Below, one piece after another: positions 10,501 to 23,200 of a stretch of DNA of 64,000 bases. The notes under the pieces were generated by a model. That model had not been told where the DNA came from and made no database searches. It saw only the letters and a program-made list of their open reading frames with translations. Source of the DNA: Azolla caroliniana (Eukaryota; Plantae; Polypodiophyta). Within the stretch, counting starts at the first letter, position 1; every line of letters starts with the position of its first letter. The stretch is taken from assembly GCA_043228905.1 (NCBI GenBank), contig JBHGNT010000017.1, forward strand, positions 14,260,001 through 14,324,000. Reading direction: 5' to 3'. The translations under genes and the position numbers were made by a program.

Positions 10501-12993
10501 GCAGTCCCGACCGGCAAGGGACCGGTTAGCACTCGAGGATCCGGCCGAAGACGGTGAAGAAACAGAACCGGCCGAGGAAGATGAAACTGATACCGAAACC
10601 GGCCCCGATCCCGAAATGGATTCGGATGAAGAGGAAACGGAGGAGCCGGTTACCGAAGCTCCGGAACGGAGATATCCTCTAAGAGAGAGAAGGGCCCCCC
10701 GGAGATTTCCGGAACCAGAGCACGTGCTGCTAACCGACGAGGGGGAGCCGGAGAGTTTTGAAGAAGCAAAGCTTGACACCCATAGCCGCAGGTGGTTAAG
10801 TGCCATGCAGGAGGAGAGGAATTCCCTGCATGAGAACCACACATATGAACTTGTGGAGTTGCCGAAAGGAAAGCGGGCGCTTCGAAACAAGTGGGTGTTC
10901 AAGCTGAAACCGGGAGATGCCGGAAACCCCCCGAGATACAAAGCCAGGATCGTGGTGAAGGGGTTCCAGCAGAAGAAAGGCGTCGACTTCGACGAGATAT
11001 TTGCCCCGGTAGTGAAGATGACCTCCATCCGGACGGTGCTGAGCATAGCGGCAAGCATGGACCTCGAGGTAGAACAGATGGACGTGAAGACGACATTCCT
11101 TCACGGGGACCTCGAAGAAGAGATCTACATGCAGCAACCAGAAGGATTCGAGAAGAAAGGGAAGGAGCACCTGGTATGCCGGTTGAAGAAGAGCCTTTAC
11201 GGACTGAAGCAGGCTCCCCTGCAATGGTACCGGAAGTTCGACTCTTTCATGACCGACGAAGGGTACCACAAAACGCAGTCCGATCACTGCATGTTTGTGA
11301 AGAAGTTCGAAGGAGGAGATTTTCTAATACTCCTCCTGTACGTGGACGACATGTTGATCGTCGGACGGGACCAGGTCAAGATACGGATGCTGAAGAAAGC
11401 GCTTCACCGAACCTTCTCAATGAAGGACCTGGGTCCGACGAGGCAAATACTAGGGATGCACATCATCCGGGACCGGAAGAAGAAGCAGTTGTGGCTGTCA
11501 CAGGAGAAGTACGTGACAAAGGTGCTTCACCGGTTCAACATGTCGGAAGCAAGACCGGTCGGGTCAACCCTCCCGGCAAACTGCAAGCTGTCCAGCAAGC
11601 AAAGCCCCAAGACAAGGGCTGAGAAGGAGGACATGATGAAAGTACCATATGCCTCTGCCGTCGGAAGCTTGATGTACGCAATGGTGTGTACCCGACCAGA
11701 CATTGGATACGCAATCGGAGTGGTGAGCCGGTATATGAGTAATCCCAGCAAGGAGCACTGGAACGCGGTCAAATGGATACTCCGATACTTAAAGGGCACT
11801 TCGAACATGTGCCTCCGATTCGGCTCCGGTAAGCCCGAACTCGATGGATTTACCGATTCGGACATGTCGGCTGATGCGGATACCAGCCGGTCTACATCAG
11901 GGTATGTAATGACATATGCAGGGGGAGCTGTTTCGTGGCAGTCGAGGTTGCAGAAGACGGTTGCGTTGTCAACCACGGAGGCGGAGTACATGGCGGCTGT
12001 TGAAGCCGGCAAGGAAATAATTTGGATGAAGGACTTCATTAAAGAGCTCGGTATCCGGCAGGAGGAGTACCGCTCTACTGCGATAGTCAGAGTGCCATCC
12101 ACCTTGCGAAGAACGCGGCCTACCATTCCCGGACGAAACACATCCAGCGTAGATACCACTGGATCTGGGAAAGGATAGAAGATAAAGAGCTCGTACTGAC
12201 GAAGGTCCACACGGACGAGAACGGGTCGGATATGCTGACCAAGGTGCTCACACCCGACAAGCTGGAAGCATGCCGGAAGAGGATCGGATTGGAGAGACAT
12301 CCCATGCCGAAGTGAAGGGGGAGTTTGTTGGGATTTCGGTCCCTCCGGATGGGATGTCCGGAGATGAATGACGGCAAGCCCGGTTGCGGTTACGGAACCG
12401 GATGATGAAGAGTACCCGGCATGAACCCGGATGAAGAGTACCCGGATACGGATCCGGATGATGAAGACCCCGGATACGGAGCCGGATGCTGAAGACCCCG
12501 GCTACGGAGCCGGATGACGAATGTACCCGGAGAGAGATCCGGATGCGGGGACATATTTGTGAATATGTTTGCCAAGAGCCCTTGAGGCTATATTTGTAAA
12601 TAGCCCGAAAGTCATATGTGTATAAATATGACTTAGGGCAAACAGTTTGTTGTTGTTGCTCATTTTTCTGTTTTCCACGAAGAGGGAGCGAAGTGAGAGC
12701 AGCCGAGAGAGAGAGAGAGAGAGAGAGACGAAGAGGTCGTTGCCTCTGTGTATTACCGCCGCCTGTGGCGAAGACAGTGAGCTCAAGGTTGTTGCCTTGC
12801 AGCTTCACCAGTGTACATCCCTGTTCATAGTGATCGTTGGAGTTAGAGGACTCCCGTGGTTTTTTCCCATTTAGGGTTTTCCACGTAAAATATCCAGTGT
12901 ACCTTTCTCTCTATTGTCCTCGTGCACTTTGTATTTCCCGTTTTCTGTGAGTTGATCCTATTCCTCGGTTGTGGCCGAGCGCTGTCTGCAACA
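7544..12993 (+). mobile_element. Young full-length Ty1/Copia LTR retrotransposon (Tnt1/Tork-like)
   Basis: 668-bp LTRs at 7544-8211 and 12326-12993 (TG..CA, ~2 differences seen), TSD AAGGA, tRNA-iMet PBS TGGTATCAGAGC at 8215, PPT GAAGGGGGAG. Confidence 0.97.
8243..12315 (+). CDS. Copia gag-pol polyprotein (gag, zinc knuckle, PR, INT, RT, RNase H) with one frameshift at ~12075
   Basis: CFHCGKPGHFRKNC, WVVDSGASFH, LWHKRLCH, integrase core, YVDDML, RNase H TDSD. A 1-nt deletion relative to the sister copy lies near the end. Confidence 0.93.
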
Positions 12994-13049
12994 AAGGATA
13001 CAATAGACAATTATAATATAACATAGTCAATTAAATCTAAATTCATAGT

Positions 13050-13064
13050 CCGACCTTAGCTCAG
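13050..13064 (+). pseudogene. 5' fragment (15 nt) of tRNA-Tyr left by a deletion
   Basis: CCGACCTTAGCTCAG joined through CTTAGC filler to distal spacer. Confidence 0.7.
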
Positions 13065-13173
13065 CTTAGCAAAACGAAACGGTGATATAAAGTCAACAAA
13101 CTCATGGGTGCATAGACAAGAAAACATTAGAAACTTATGTTATTAAATAGTCAATTATATCTAATTTCATAGT

Positions 13174-13259
13174 CAGACCTTTGCTCAGTTGGTAGAGCGG
13201 AGGACTGTAGTGTATGTATAGACATCCTTAGGGCGTTGGTTCGAATCCGACAGGTCGGA
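13174..13259 (+). tRNA. tRNA-Tyr(GTA) with intron; C2A, A9T
   Basis: Array copy, B unit. Confidence 0.82.
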
Positions 13260-13771
13260 CTTAAATTTGCGAATACTTCACATTGCAACATGCATATAAT
13301 TGGATTGGTGGGCCGATGAACAATGTAGTTAAATATACATAAATTAATTTGATTTCAACATACATGCACTGAAACATTTCAGGCTCTTTACATACCTATG
13401 TGGGTCGACCAACAAATAACAATGCATGTATACACACCGTTATGTCGAGGTTTTGTGTTTCACAAATCTTTGGTTTAGCCTTATTTCATTATTGTAGGTA
13501 TAAATAGAACATCAGTTCGTATTCTAAGATTGTATATATGATGCTTAGTCGGTCTATTATTAGAAACTTTTAGAACTATGCTACTTGTATTTCTACGTTT
13601 TGCATATGATATCACTTCTTGGTCTACTGAAAATGTTATCACGAGATTATAAATCAACATTTGAAAGAAAAACAAAACGGTGATATAAAGTCAACAAAAT
13701 CATAGGTGCATAGACAAGGATACCATAGACAATTATAATATTACATAGTCAATTAAATCTAAATTCATAGT

Positions 13772-13857
13772 CCGACCTTAGCTCAGTTGGTAGAGCGGAG
13801 AATTGTAGTGTATGCATAGACATCCTTAGGTCGTTGGTTCGAATCCGACAGGTCGGA
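13772..13857 (+). tRNA. tRNA-Tyr(GTA) with intron; anticodon-arm changes G30A, C32T
   Basis: Array copy, A unit. Confidence 0.82.
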
Positions 13858-14309
13858 CTTAAAATTGCGATTACAATGTCGTCAAAGATATTTGCATGTA
13901 CATGCAGAGGAACAAATCAGGCTCTCTACATACCAATGTGGGTCGACGAACAAATAACAATTCATGTATACACACCCTTATGTCGAGGGTTTCTATTTCA
14001 CATATCTTTGGCTTAGCCTTATTTCATTATTGTAGGAATAAAGAGAACACCACTTCGTCTTCTAAGATTGTATATATGATGATTAGTCGGTCTATTATTA
14101 GAAACTTTTAGAACTATGAAACTTCTATTTCTATGTTTTGGATATAATATCACTTCTTGGTCTACGGAAAATGTTATCACAATATTATAAATCACCATTT
14201 GAAAGAAAAACAAAACGGTGATATAAAGTCAACAAAATCATAGGTGCCTAGACAAGGATACAATAGACAATTATAATATTACATAGTCAAGTAAATCTAA
14301 ATTCATAGT

Positions 14310-14395
14310 CCGACCTTAGCTCAGTTGGTAGAGCGGAGGACTGTAGTGTATGCATAGACATCCTTAGGTCGTTGGTTCGAATCCGACAGGTCGGA
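14310..14395 (+). tRNA. tRNA-Tyr(GTA) with intron, consensus intact
   Basis: Full cloverleaf, A/B boxes and 13-nt intron after G37. Confidence 0.95.
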
Positions 14396-14907
14396 CTTAA
14401 ATTTGCGAATACTTCACATTGCAACATGCATATAATTGGATTGGTGGGTCGATGAACAATATAATTAAATATACATACATTAATTTGATTTCAACATACA
14501 TGCACTGAAACATTTCAGGCTCTTTACATACCTATGTGGGTCAACCAACAAATAACAATGCATGTATACACACCGTTATGTCGAGGGTTTGTGTTTCACA
14601 AATCTTTGGTTTAGCCTTATTTCATTATTGTAGGTATAAATAGAACATCAGTTCGTATTCTAAGATTGTATATATGATGATTAGTTGGTCTATTATTACA
14701 AACTTTTAGAACTATGCTACTTGTATTTCTACGTTTTGCATATTATATCACTTCTTGGTCTACTGAAAATGTTATCACGAGATTATAAATCAACATTTGA
14801 AAGAAAAACAAAACGGTGATATAAAGTCAACAAAATCATAGGTGCACAGACAAGGATACAATAGACAATTATAATATTACACAGTCAATTAAATCTAAAT
14901 TCATAGT

Positions 14908-14993
14908 CCGACCTTAGCTCAGTTGGTAGAGCGGAGGACTGTATTGTATGCATAGAAATCCTTAGGACGTTGGTTCGAATCCGACAGGTCGGA
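14908..14993 (+). tRNA. tRNA-Tyr(GTA) with intron; G37T, T47A
   Basis: Array copy. Confidence 0.85.
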
Positions 14994-15445
14994 CTTAAAA
15001 TTGCGATTACAATGTTCTCAAAGATATTTGCATGTACATGCACAGGAACAAATCAGGTGTTTTACATACCAATGTGGGTTGACGAACAAATAACAATGCA
15101 TGTATACACACCCTTATGTCGAGGGTTTGTGTTTCATATATCTTTGGCTTAGCCTTATTTCATTATTGTAGGAATAAATAGAACACCACTTCGTCTTCTA
15201 AGATTGTATATATGATGATTAGTCGGTCTATTATTAGAAACTTTTAGAACTATGCTACTTGTATTTCTATGTTTTGTATATAATATCACTTCTTGGTCTA
15301 TGGAAAATGTTATCACGATATTATAAATCACAATTTGAAAGAAAAACAAAACGGTGATATAAAGTCAACAAAATCATAGGTGCATAGACAAGGATACAAT
15401 AGAGAATTATAATATTACATAGTCAATTAAATCCAAATTCATAGT

Positions 15446-15531
15446 CCGACCTTAGCTCAGTTGGTAGAGCGGAGGACTGTAGTGTATGCATAGAAATCCT
15501 TAGGTCGTTGGTTCGAATCCGACAGGTCGGA
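15446..15531 (+). tRNA. tRNA-Tyr(GTA) with intron, consensus intact
   Basis: Full cloverleaf. Confidence 0.95.
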
Positions 15532-15983
15532 CTTAAAATTGCGATTACAATGTTCTCAAAGATATTTGCATGTACATGCACAGGAACAAATCAGGCGTTT
15601 TACATACCAATGTGGGTCGACGAACAAATAACAATGCATGTATACACACCCTTATGTCGAGGGTTTCTGTTTCATATATCTTTGGCTTAGCCTTATTTCA
15701 TTATTGTAGGAATAAATAGAACACCACTTCGTCTTCTAAGATTGTATATATGATGATTAGTCGGTCTATTATTAGAAACTTTTAGAACTATGCTACTTGT
15801 ATTTCTATGTTTTGTATATAATATCACTTCTTGGTCTATGGAAAATGTTATCACGATATTATAAATCACAATTTGAAAGAAAAACAAAACGGTGATATAA
15901 AGTCAACAAAATCATAGGTGCATAGACAAGGATACAATAGAGAATTATAATATTACATAGTCAATTAAATCCAAATTCATAGT

Positions 15984-16069
15984 CCGACCTTAGCTCAGTT
16001 GGTAGAGCGGAGGACTGTAGTGTATGCATAGAAATCCTTAGGTCGTTGGTTCGAATCCGACAGGTCGGA
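15984..16069 (+). tRNA. tRNA-Tyr(GTA) with intron, consensus intact
   Basis: Full cloverleaf. Confidence 0.95.
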
Positions 16070-16521
16070 CTTAAAATTGCGATTACAATGTTCTCAAAGA
16101 TATTTGCATATACATACACAGGAACAAATCAGGCGTTTTACATACCAATGTGGGTCGACGAACAAATAACAATGCATGTATACACACCCTTATGTCGAGG
16201 GTTTCTGTTTCATATATCTTTGGCTTAGCCTTATTTCATTATTGTAGGAATAAATAGAACACCACTTCGTCTTCTAAGATTGTATATATGATGATTAGTC
16301 GGTCTATTATTAGAAACTTTTAGAACTATGCTACTTGTATTTCTATGTTTTGTATATAATATCACTTCTTGGTCTACGGAAAATGTTATCACGATATTAT
16401 AAATCACAATTTGAAAGAAAAACAAAACGGTGATATAAAGTCAACAAAATCATAGGTGCATAGACAAGGATACAATAGAGAATTATAATATTACATAGTC
16501 AATTAAATCCAAATTCATAGT

Positions 16522-16607
16522 CCGACCTTAGCTCAGTCGGTAGAGCGGAGGACTGTAGTGTATGCATAGAAATCCTTAGGTCGTTGGTTCGAATCCGACA
16601 GGTCGGA
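16522..16607 (+). tRNA. tRNA-Tyr(GTA) with intron; T17C in D-loop
   Basis: Full cloverleaf. Confidence 0.93.
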
Positions 16608-17059
16608 CTTAAAATTGCGATTACAATGTTCTCAAAGATATTTGCATGTACATGCACAGGAACAAATCAGGCGTTTTACATACCAATGTGGGTCGACGAA
16701 CAAATAACAATGCATGTATACACACCCTTATGTCGAGGGTTTCTGTTTCATATATCTTTGGCTTAGCCTTATTTCATTATTGTAGGAATAAATAGAACAC
16801 CACTTCGTCTTCTAAGATTGTATATATGATGATTAGTCGGTCTATTATTAGAAACTTTTAGAACTATGCTACTTGTATTTCTATGTTTTGTATATAATAT
16901 CACTTCTTGGTCTACGGAAAATGTTATCACGATATTATAAATCACAATTTGAAAGAAAAACAAAACGGTGATATAAAGTCAACAAAATCATAGGTGCATA
17001 GACAAGGATACAATAGAGAATTATAATATTACATAGTCAATTAAATCCAAATTCATAGT

Positions 17060-17145
17060 CCGACCTTAGCTCAGTTGGTAGAGCGGAGGACTGTAGTGTA
17101 TGCATAGAAATCCTTAGGTCGTTGGTTCGAATCCGACAGGTCGGA
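17060..17145 (+). tRNA. tRNA-Tyr(GTA) with intron, consensus intact
   Basis: Full cloverleaf. Confidence 0.95.
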
Positions 17146-17597
17146 CTTAAAATTGCGATTACAATGTTCTCAAAGATATTTGCATGTACATGCACAGGAA
17201 CAAATCAGGCGTTTTACATACCAATGTGGGTCGACGAACAAATAACAATGCATGTATACACACCCTTATGTCGAGGGTTTCTGTTTCATATATCTTTGGC
17301 TTAGCCTTATTTCATTATTGTAGGAATAAATAGAACACCACTTCGTCTTCTAAGATTGTATATATGATGATTAGTCGGTCTATTATTAGAAACTTTTAGA
17401 ACTATGCTACTTGTATTTCTATGTTTTGTATATAATATCACTTCTTGGTCTACGGAAAATGTTATCACGATATTATAAATCACAATTTGAAAGAAAAACC
17501 AAACGGTGATATAAAGTCAACAAAATCATAGGTGCACAGACAAGGATACAATAGAGAATTATTATATTACATAGTCAATTAAATCCAAATTCATAGT

Positions 17598-17683
17598 CCG
17601 ACCTTAGCTCAGTAGGTAGAGCGGAGGACTGTAGTGTATGCATAGAAATCCTTAGGTCGTTGGTTCGAATCCGACAGGTCGGA
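17598..17683 (+). tRNA. tRNA-Tyr(GTA) with intron; T17A
   Basis: Full cloverleaf. Confidence 0.92.
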
Positions 17684-18134
17684 CTTAAAATTGCGATTAC
17701 AATGTTCTCAAAGATATTTGCATGTACATGCACAGGAACAAATCAGGCGTTTTACATACCAATGTGGGTCGACGAACAAATAACAATGCATGTATACACA
17801 CCCTTATGTCGAGGGTTTCTGTTTCATATATCTTTGGCTTAGCCTTATTTCATTATTGTAGGAATAAATAGAACACCACTTCGTCTTCTAAGATTTATAT
17901 ATGATGATTAGTCGGTCTATTATTAGAAACTTTTAGAACTATTCAACTTCTATTTCTACGTTTTGGATATAATATCACTTCTTGGTCTACGGAAAATGTT
18001 ATCACGATATTATAAATCACAATTTGAAAGAAAAACAAAACGGTGATATAAAGTCAACAAAATCATAGGTGCATAGACAAGGATACAATAGAGAATTATA
18101 ATATTACATAGTCAATTAAATCCAAATTCATAGT

Positions 18135-18220
18135 CCGACCTTAGCTCAGTTGGTAGAGCGGAGGACTGTAGTGTATGCATAGAAATCCTTAGGTCGTTGG
18201 TTCGAATCCGACAGGTCGGA
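18135..18220 (+). tRNA. tRNA-Tyr(GTA) with intron, consensus intact
   Basis: Full cloverleaf. Confidence 0.95.
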
Positions 18221-18672
18221 CTTAAAATTGCGATTACAATGTTCTCAAAGATATTTGCATGTACATGCACAGGAACAAATCAGGCGTTTTACATACCAAT
18301 GTGGGTCGACGAACAAATAACAATGCATGTATACACACCCTTATGTCGAGGGTTTCTGTTTCATATATCTTTGGCTTAGCCTTATTTCATTATTGTAGGA
18401 ATAAATAGAACACCACTTCGTCTTCTAAGATTGTATATATGATGATTAGTCGGTCTATTATTAGAAACTTTTAGAACTATGCTACTTGTATTTCTATGTT
18501 TTGTATATAATATCACTTCTTGGTCTACGGAAAATGTTATCACGATATTATAAATCACAATTTGAAAGAAAAACCAAACGGTGATATAAAGTCAACAAAA
18601 TCATAGGTGCACAGACAAGGATACAATAGAGAATTATTATATTACATAGTCAATTAAATCCAAATTCATAGT

Positions 18673-18758
18673 CCGACCTTAGCTCAGTTGGTAGAGCGGA
18701 GGACTGTAGTGTATGCATAGAAATCCTTAGGTCGTTGGTTCGAATCCGACAGGTCGGA
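18673..18758 (+). tRNA. tRNA-Tyr(GTA) with intron, consensus intact
   Basis: Full cloverleaf. Confidence 0.95.
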
Positions 18759-19208
18759 CTTAAAATTGCGATTACAATGTTCTCAAAGATATTTGCATGT
18801 ACATGCACAGGAACAAATCAGGCGTTTTACATACCAATGTGGGTCGACGAACAAATAACAATGCATGTATACACACCCTTATGTCGAGGGTTTCTGTTTC
18901 ATATATCTTTGGCTTAGCCTTATTTCATTATTGTAGGAATAAATAGAACACCACTTCGTCTTCTAAGATTTATATATGATGATTAGTCGGTCTATTATTA
19001 GAAACTTTTAGAACTATTCAACTTCTATTTCTACGTTTTAGATATAATATCACTTCTTGGTCTACGGAAATGTTATCACGATATTATAAATCACCATTTG
19101 AAAGAATAACAAAACGGTGATATAAAGTCAACAAACTCAAAGGTGCATAGACAAGGAAATATTAGAAACTTATATTATTAAATAGTCAATTAAATCTAAT
19201 TTCATAGG

Positions 19209-19294
19209 CAGACCTTAGCTCAGTTGGTAGAGCGGAGGACCGTAGTGTATGTATAGACATCCTTAGGGCGTTGGTTCGAATCCGACAAGTCGGA
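19209..19294 (+). tRNA. tRNA-Tyr(GTA) with intron, degenerate (C2A, T33C, G67A)
   Basis: Array copy, B unit. Confidence 0.8.
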
Positions 19295-19806
19295 CTTAAA
19301 TTTGCGAATACTTCACATTGCAACATGCATATAATTGGATTGGTGGGTCGATGAACAATATAGTTAAATATACATAAATTAATTTGATTTCACCATACAT
19401 GCACTGAAACATTTCAGGCTCTTTACATACCTATGTGGGTCGACCAACAAATAACAATGCATGTATACACACCGTTATGTCGAGGGTTTGTGTTTCACAA
19501 ATCTTTGGTTTAGCCTTATTTCATTATTGTAGGTATAAATAGAACATCAGTTCGTATTCTAAGATTGTATATATGATGATTAGTTGGTCTATTATTACAA
19601 ACTTTTAGAACTATGCTACTTGTATTTCTACGTTTTGCATATGATATCACTTCTTGGTCTACTGAAAATGTTATCACGAGATTATAAATCAATATTTGAA
19701 AGAAAAACAAAACGGTGATATAAAGTCAACAAAATCATAGGTGCATAGACAAGGATACAATAGACAATTATAATATTACATAGTCAATTAAATCTAAATT
19801 CATAGT

Positions 19807-19892
19807 CCGACCTTATCTCAATTGGTAGAGCGGAGGACTGTAGTGTATGCATAGACATCCTTAGGTCGTTGGTTCGAATTCGACAGGTCGGA
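19807..19892 (+). tRNA. tRNA-Tyr(GTA) with intron, degenerate (G10T, G15A, C61T)
   Basis: Array copy. Confidence 0.8.
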
Positions 19893-20259
19893 CTTAAAAT
19901 TGCGATTACAATGTCGTCAAAGATATTTGCATGTACATGCAGAGGAACAAATCAGGCTCTTTACATACCAATGTGGGTCGACGAACAAATAACAATGCAT
20001 GTATACACACCCTTATGTCGAGGGTTTCTGTTTCACATATCTTTGGCTTAGCCTTATTTCATTATTGAAGGAATAAAGAGAACACCACTTCGTCTTCTAA
20101 GATTGTATATATGATGATTAGTCGGTCTATTATTAGAAACTTTTAGAACTATGCTACTTGTATTTCTACGTTTTGGATATAATATCACTTCTTGGTCTAC
20201 GGAAAATGTTATCACGATATTATAAATCACCATTTGAACGAAAAACAAAACGGTGATAT

Positions 20260-23200
20260 TGTGAAATGCTCAAGATGTGAAATGCTCTCAAGAATAGCCC
20301 CCTTTTCATTATGTCTCAAGTTACATTTTATAGACTCTCTCTTAGCGTGGAGGGTGTTCTCCCGCTCCAATTAGCTCTACTAATTATGGGGCTTGGTGGG
20401 GGCCTAGGTTGGGTGTGGTGCATGAGGCTTGGTAGGGGCCTAATTTGGGTGTGGTGCATGTGTGGTGCATGGGGCCTAGTAGGGGCCTAATCTAGGTGTG
20501 GTCCATGTGACCACCACAATTCCCCCTTGTAAAAAAAAAGTTACTGTGCAGTCGAAGCGCGACGAGGCGTGGAAGACGGTTCCAGACGGGGGGATGACAG
20601 GGGCGTGGGCATAGGCATGAGTGTGGGCGGGGGCGGTGGTAGTTGATGGAAGGGCTTCATGCGAGACTGGTGTGCAAAGGTAGAGCGGTTGTTGGAGGCG
20701 CGGCGGAGCAGGTATGTAGTGTTGCGTATCTGCTTTTGAACTTCGAAGGGACCGATCCATCGTTGCATGAGCGATTCGCTGAGACCGCGACGACGGATGG
20801 GGAAGTAGACGAGGACTTTGTCACCGACGTGGTATTGATGGTCGACACGGCCTATATCGTGTTGTCGTTTTTGGCGTAGTTGTGCCTGGTGCAGGTTGCT
20901 CGTGATGGCTTTGCGGAGGAGGGGCTGGAGTTGTTGTAGGTGGGACCACCAAGACACTGCGTCAGCGTGGAGTCGTGTGGTTGGTTGCGGGACTGCCACT
21001 TCTGGGGGTAAGCGCGGGTCCCTTCCGTAAAGGGCCCGAAATGGGCTAATGCGGGTAGAGGCTTGCACAGTTGTGTTGTAGGCATGCGTAACGAAGGGCA
21101 AGATTCAGTCCCAGGTTGAGTGCAGCGGATCGATGTAGGCTGAGATTTGTTGTTTTAAGGTTCGATTGAGGCGCTCCATCAACCCATTCGTTTGCGGATG
21201 GTAGGGTGACGTGAATAACTGTTGGATTCCTACTTGTGTTGAAACGAGGCGTAGGAGCTCACCGTTGAACTGGGGTCCTCGATCGGACAAGATTTGGAGT
21301 GGGCAACCGTGGGGGAAGATGATTTTCTCCAATAGTTTGGAGGCGATGGTCATAGCCTTTGCATTTGGGATAGCGGCCGTCTCAGCCCAACGCGTCAAGT
21401 ACTCGGTGATGATGAGGATGAATTTGTTCCCTCCTTGTGACTCGGGAAAGGGGCCCATAATGTCCCATCCGACGATTTCAAATGGAGCTTGAACTTGTAT
21501 CGGATGTAAGAGGCCTTGAGCCACTTGAGGTGATTTGATGGCCTGACATAAGTTGCATGCTTTGATGTAGGAGGCGACCTCGTGGCGTAGCCCAGGCCAA
21601 TAGAATTTGCGACAAATTTTGTCGAGCACCTTATGAAAACCCAAGTGGCCGGACAACGGGTGATCGTGGAAGAAACGAAGGTAAGACTGGCGTAGTTGCT
21701 CAGGCACGTAGACTCGGGGTTCTTTGCCTACTTGACAAAAAAGTAGGACATTATCCTGGATCATGAATTGCTTGGTGAGGGATGATGTCGGTTCAGCTTG
21801 TAGGCGGTGGCAGATATCTTGGATTTGTTTGTCGTGTTGTTGCATGTTGGCCATTTGGGACGAGGATATGGGGAAATTCATTGTGTTGGAGGTGATCTGG
21901 TTCGCCTGAAAGAATATGCGGGATAATCCATCGGCGACGATGTTTTGTGGACCATGGCGATAGCGCAGAGTGAATGTGTAATCCTGTAGCGCCAAAACCC
22001 AACAAAGTAAGCGGCCGGGTGGATGAGCCTTCTTTATGAGGGAGAGCAATGGCTGATGGTCGGTTTCGACTGATGTATTTGATCCGTGAAGGTATGGGTG
22101 GAAACGATGGAATGCCCAGACGATGGCGAGGAACTCTTTTTCAGTTGTCGAGTAATTTTGTTCGGCTTTGGTAAGTGACCGACTGATGTAGGCAATCGGG
22201 CGGAGTTGGTCGTTGTCGTCGGATTGGAGCAGGACCGCACCAAGGCCGACATTGGAGGCATCCGTCTGCAGATGGAAAGGCTTCGTGAAATCAGGGTGGG
22301 CCAGGAGGTCAGAGGCTTGGAGTGTTCTCTTGAGCTGCAGGAAGCTGGATTCGCAGGCTTCGGTCCACAGGAAGGGTGCGTCTTTTTGTAGGAGCGCGCG
22401 TAGTGGGGCTGACAGGTCGGCTAGCCGTGGGATGAAACGAAGAGAGAACGTGAGGAGGCCGAGGAAGCGTTGAAGCTGCTTGACTGTGGTGGGGCGTGGG
22501 AATTTTTGGACTGCTTCTGTCTTCTCCGGGTCCATTTGTATTCCGTCGAAGGAGATGACGTACCCAAGGAAGCGGAGGCACGTACTACCCCATCGGCACT
22601 TCTTCCATTGCAGCTGCAATCGATAGCGTTGAACACAAGTTAGGACCTCCCGAAGGACTTGAAGGTGTTCTGCCCAAGTGCTTGTATGTACCAGAATATC
22701 GTCTAGATAGACGATGACGACACGGCGGGTGATGAGATCATCGAAGATGGCATTAGCCATTCGCTGGAATGTGCTTCCCGCATCAGATAGGCCAAAGGGC
22801 ATCCGTGTGAACTGAAAAATGCCTTTTCTAGTGCGGAATGCAGTTTTGTGTGCATCGTGAGGATTCATCGAGATCTGCCAATATCCCGAGGCTAGATCTA
22901 GGGAGGTGAAGTACTTTGATTTGCCAAGCTGGTCGAGGAGGTCATCGATACGAGGGAGAGGGTATCGGTCATGGGTGGTGACATGGTTCAGTTGTCGGAA
23001 GTCGACACAAAAGCGGTAAGAACCATCTCCTTTCTTTACCATGTGTGGCTCCGAGATCCACTCGCTCTTGGAAGGTGTGATAATCCCTTGTTGGAGCATA
23101 GTTTTGACGGCATTGTCGATGCGCTCGTGGTCGAGAGGCGAGCGACGTCGGGGAGCTGCGTTGATGGGGCGGGCGTTGCCTGTAGGAATCGTGTGGTGAA

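Noticed and set aside
14675-14770. Possible C/D box snoRNA in the spacer (ATGATGA ... CTGA), as in plant tRNA-snoRNA dicistrons
   Set aside because: CTGA occurs in only a few B units (most have CGGA), there is no convincing terminal stem or recognisable guide, and it lies far from the tRNA 3' end.
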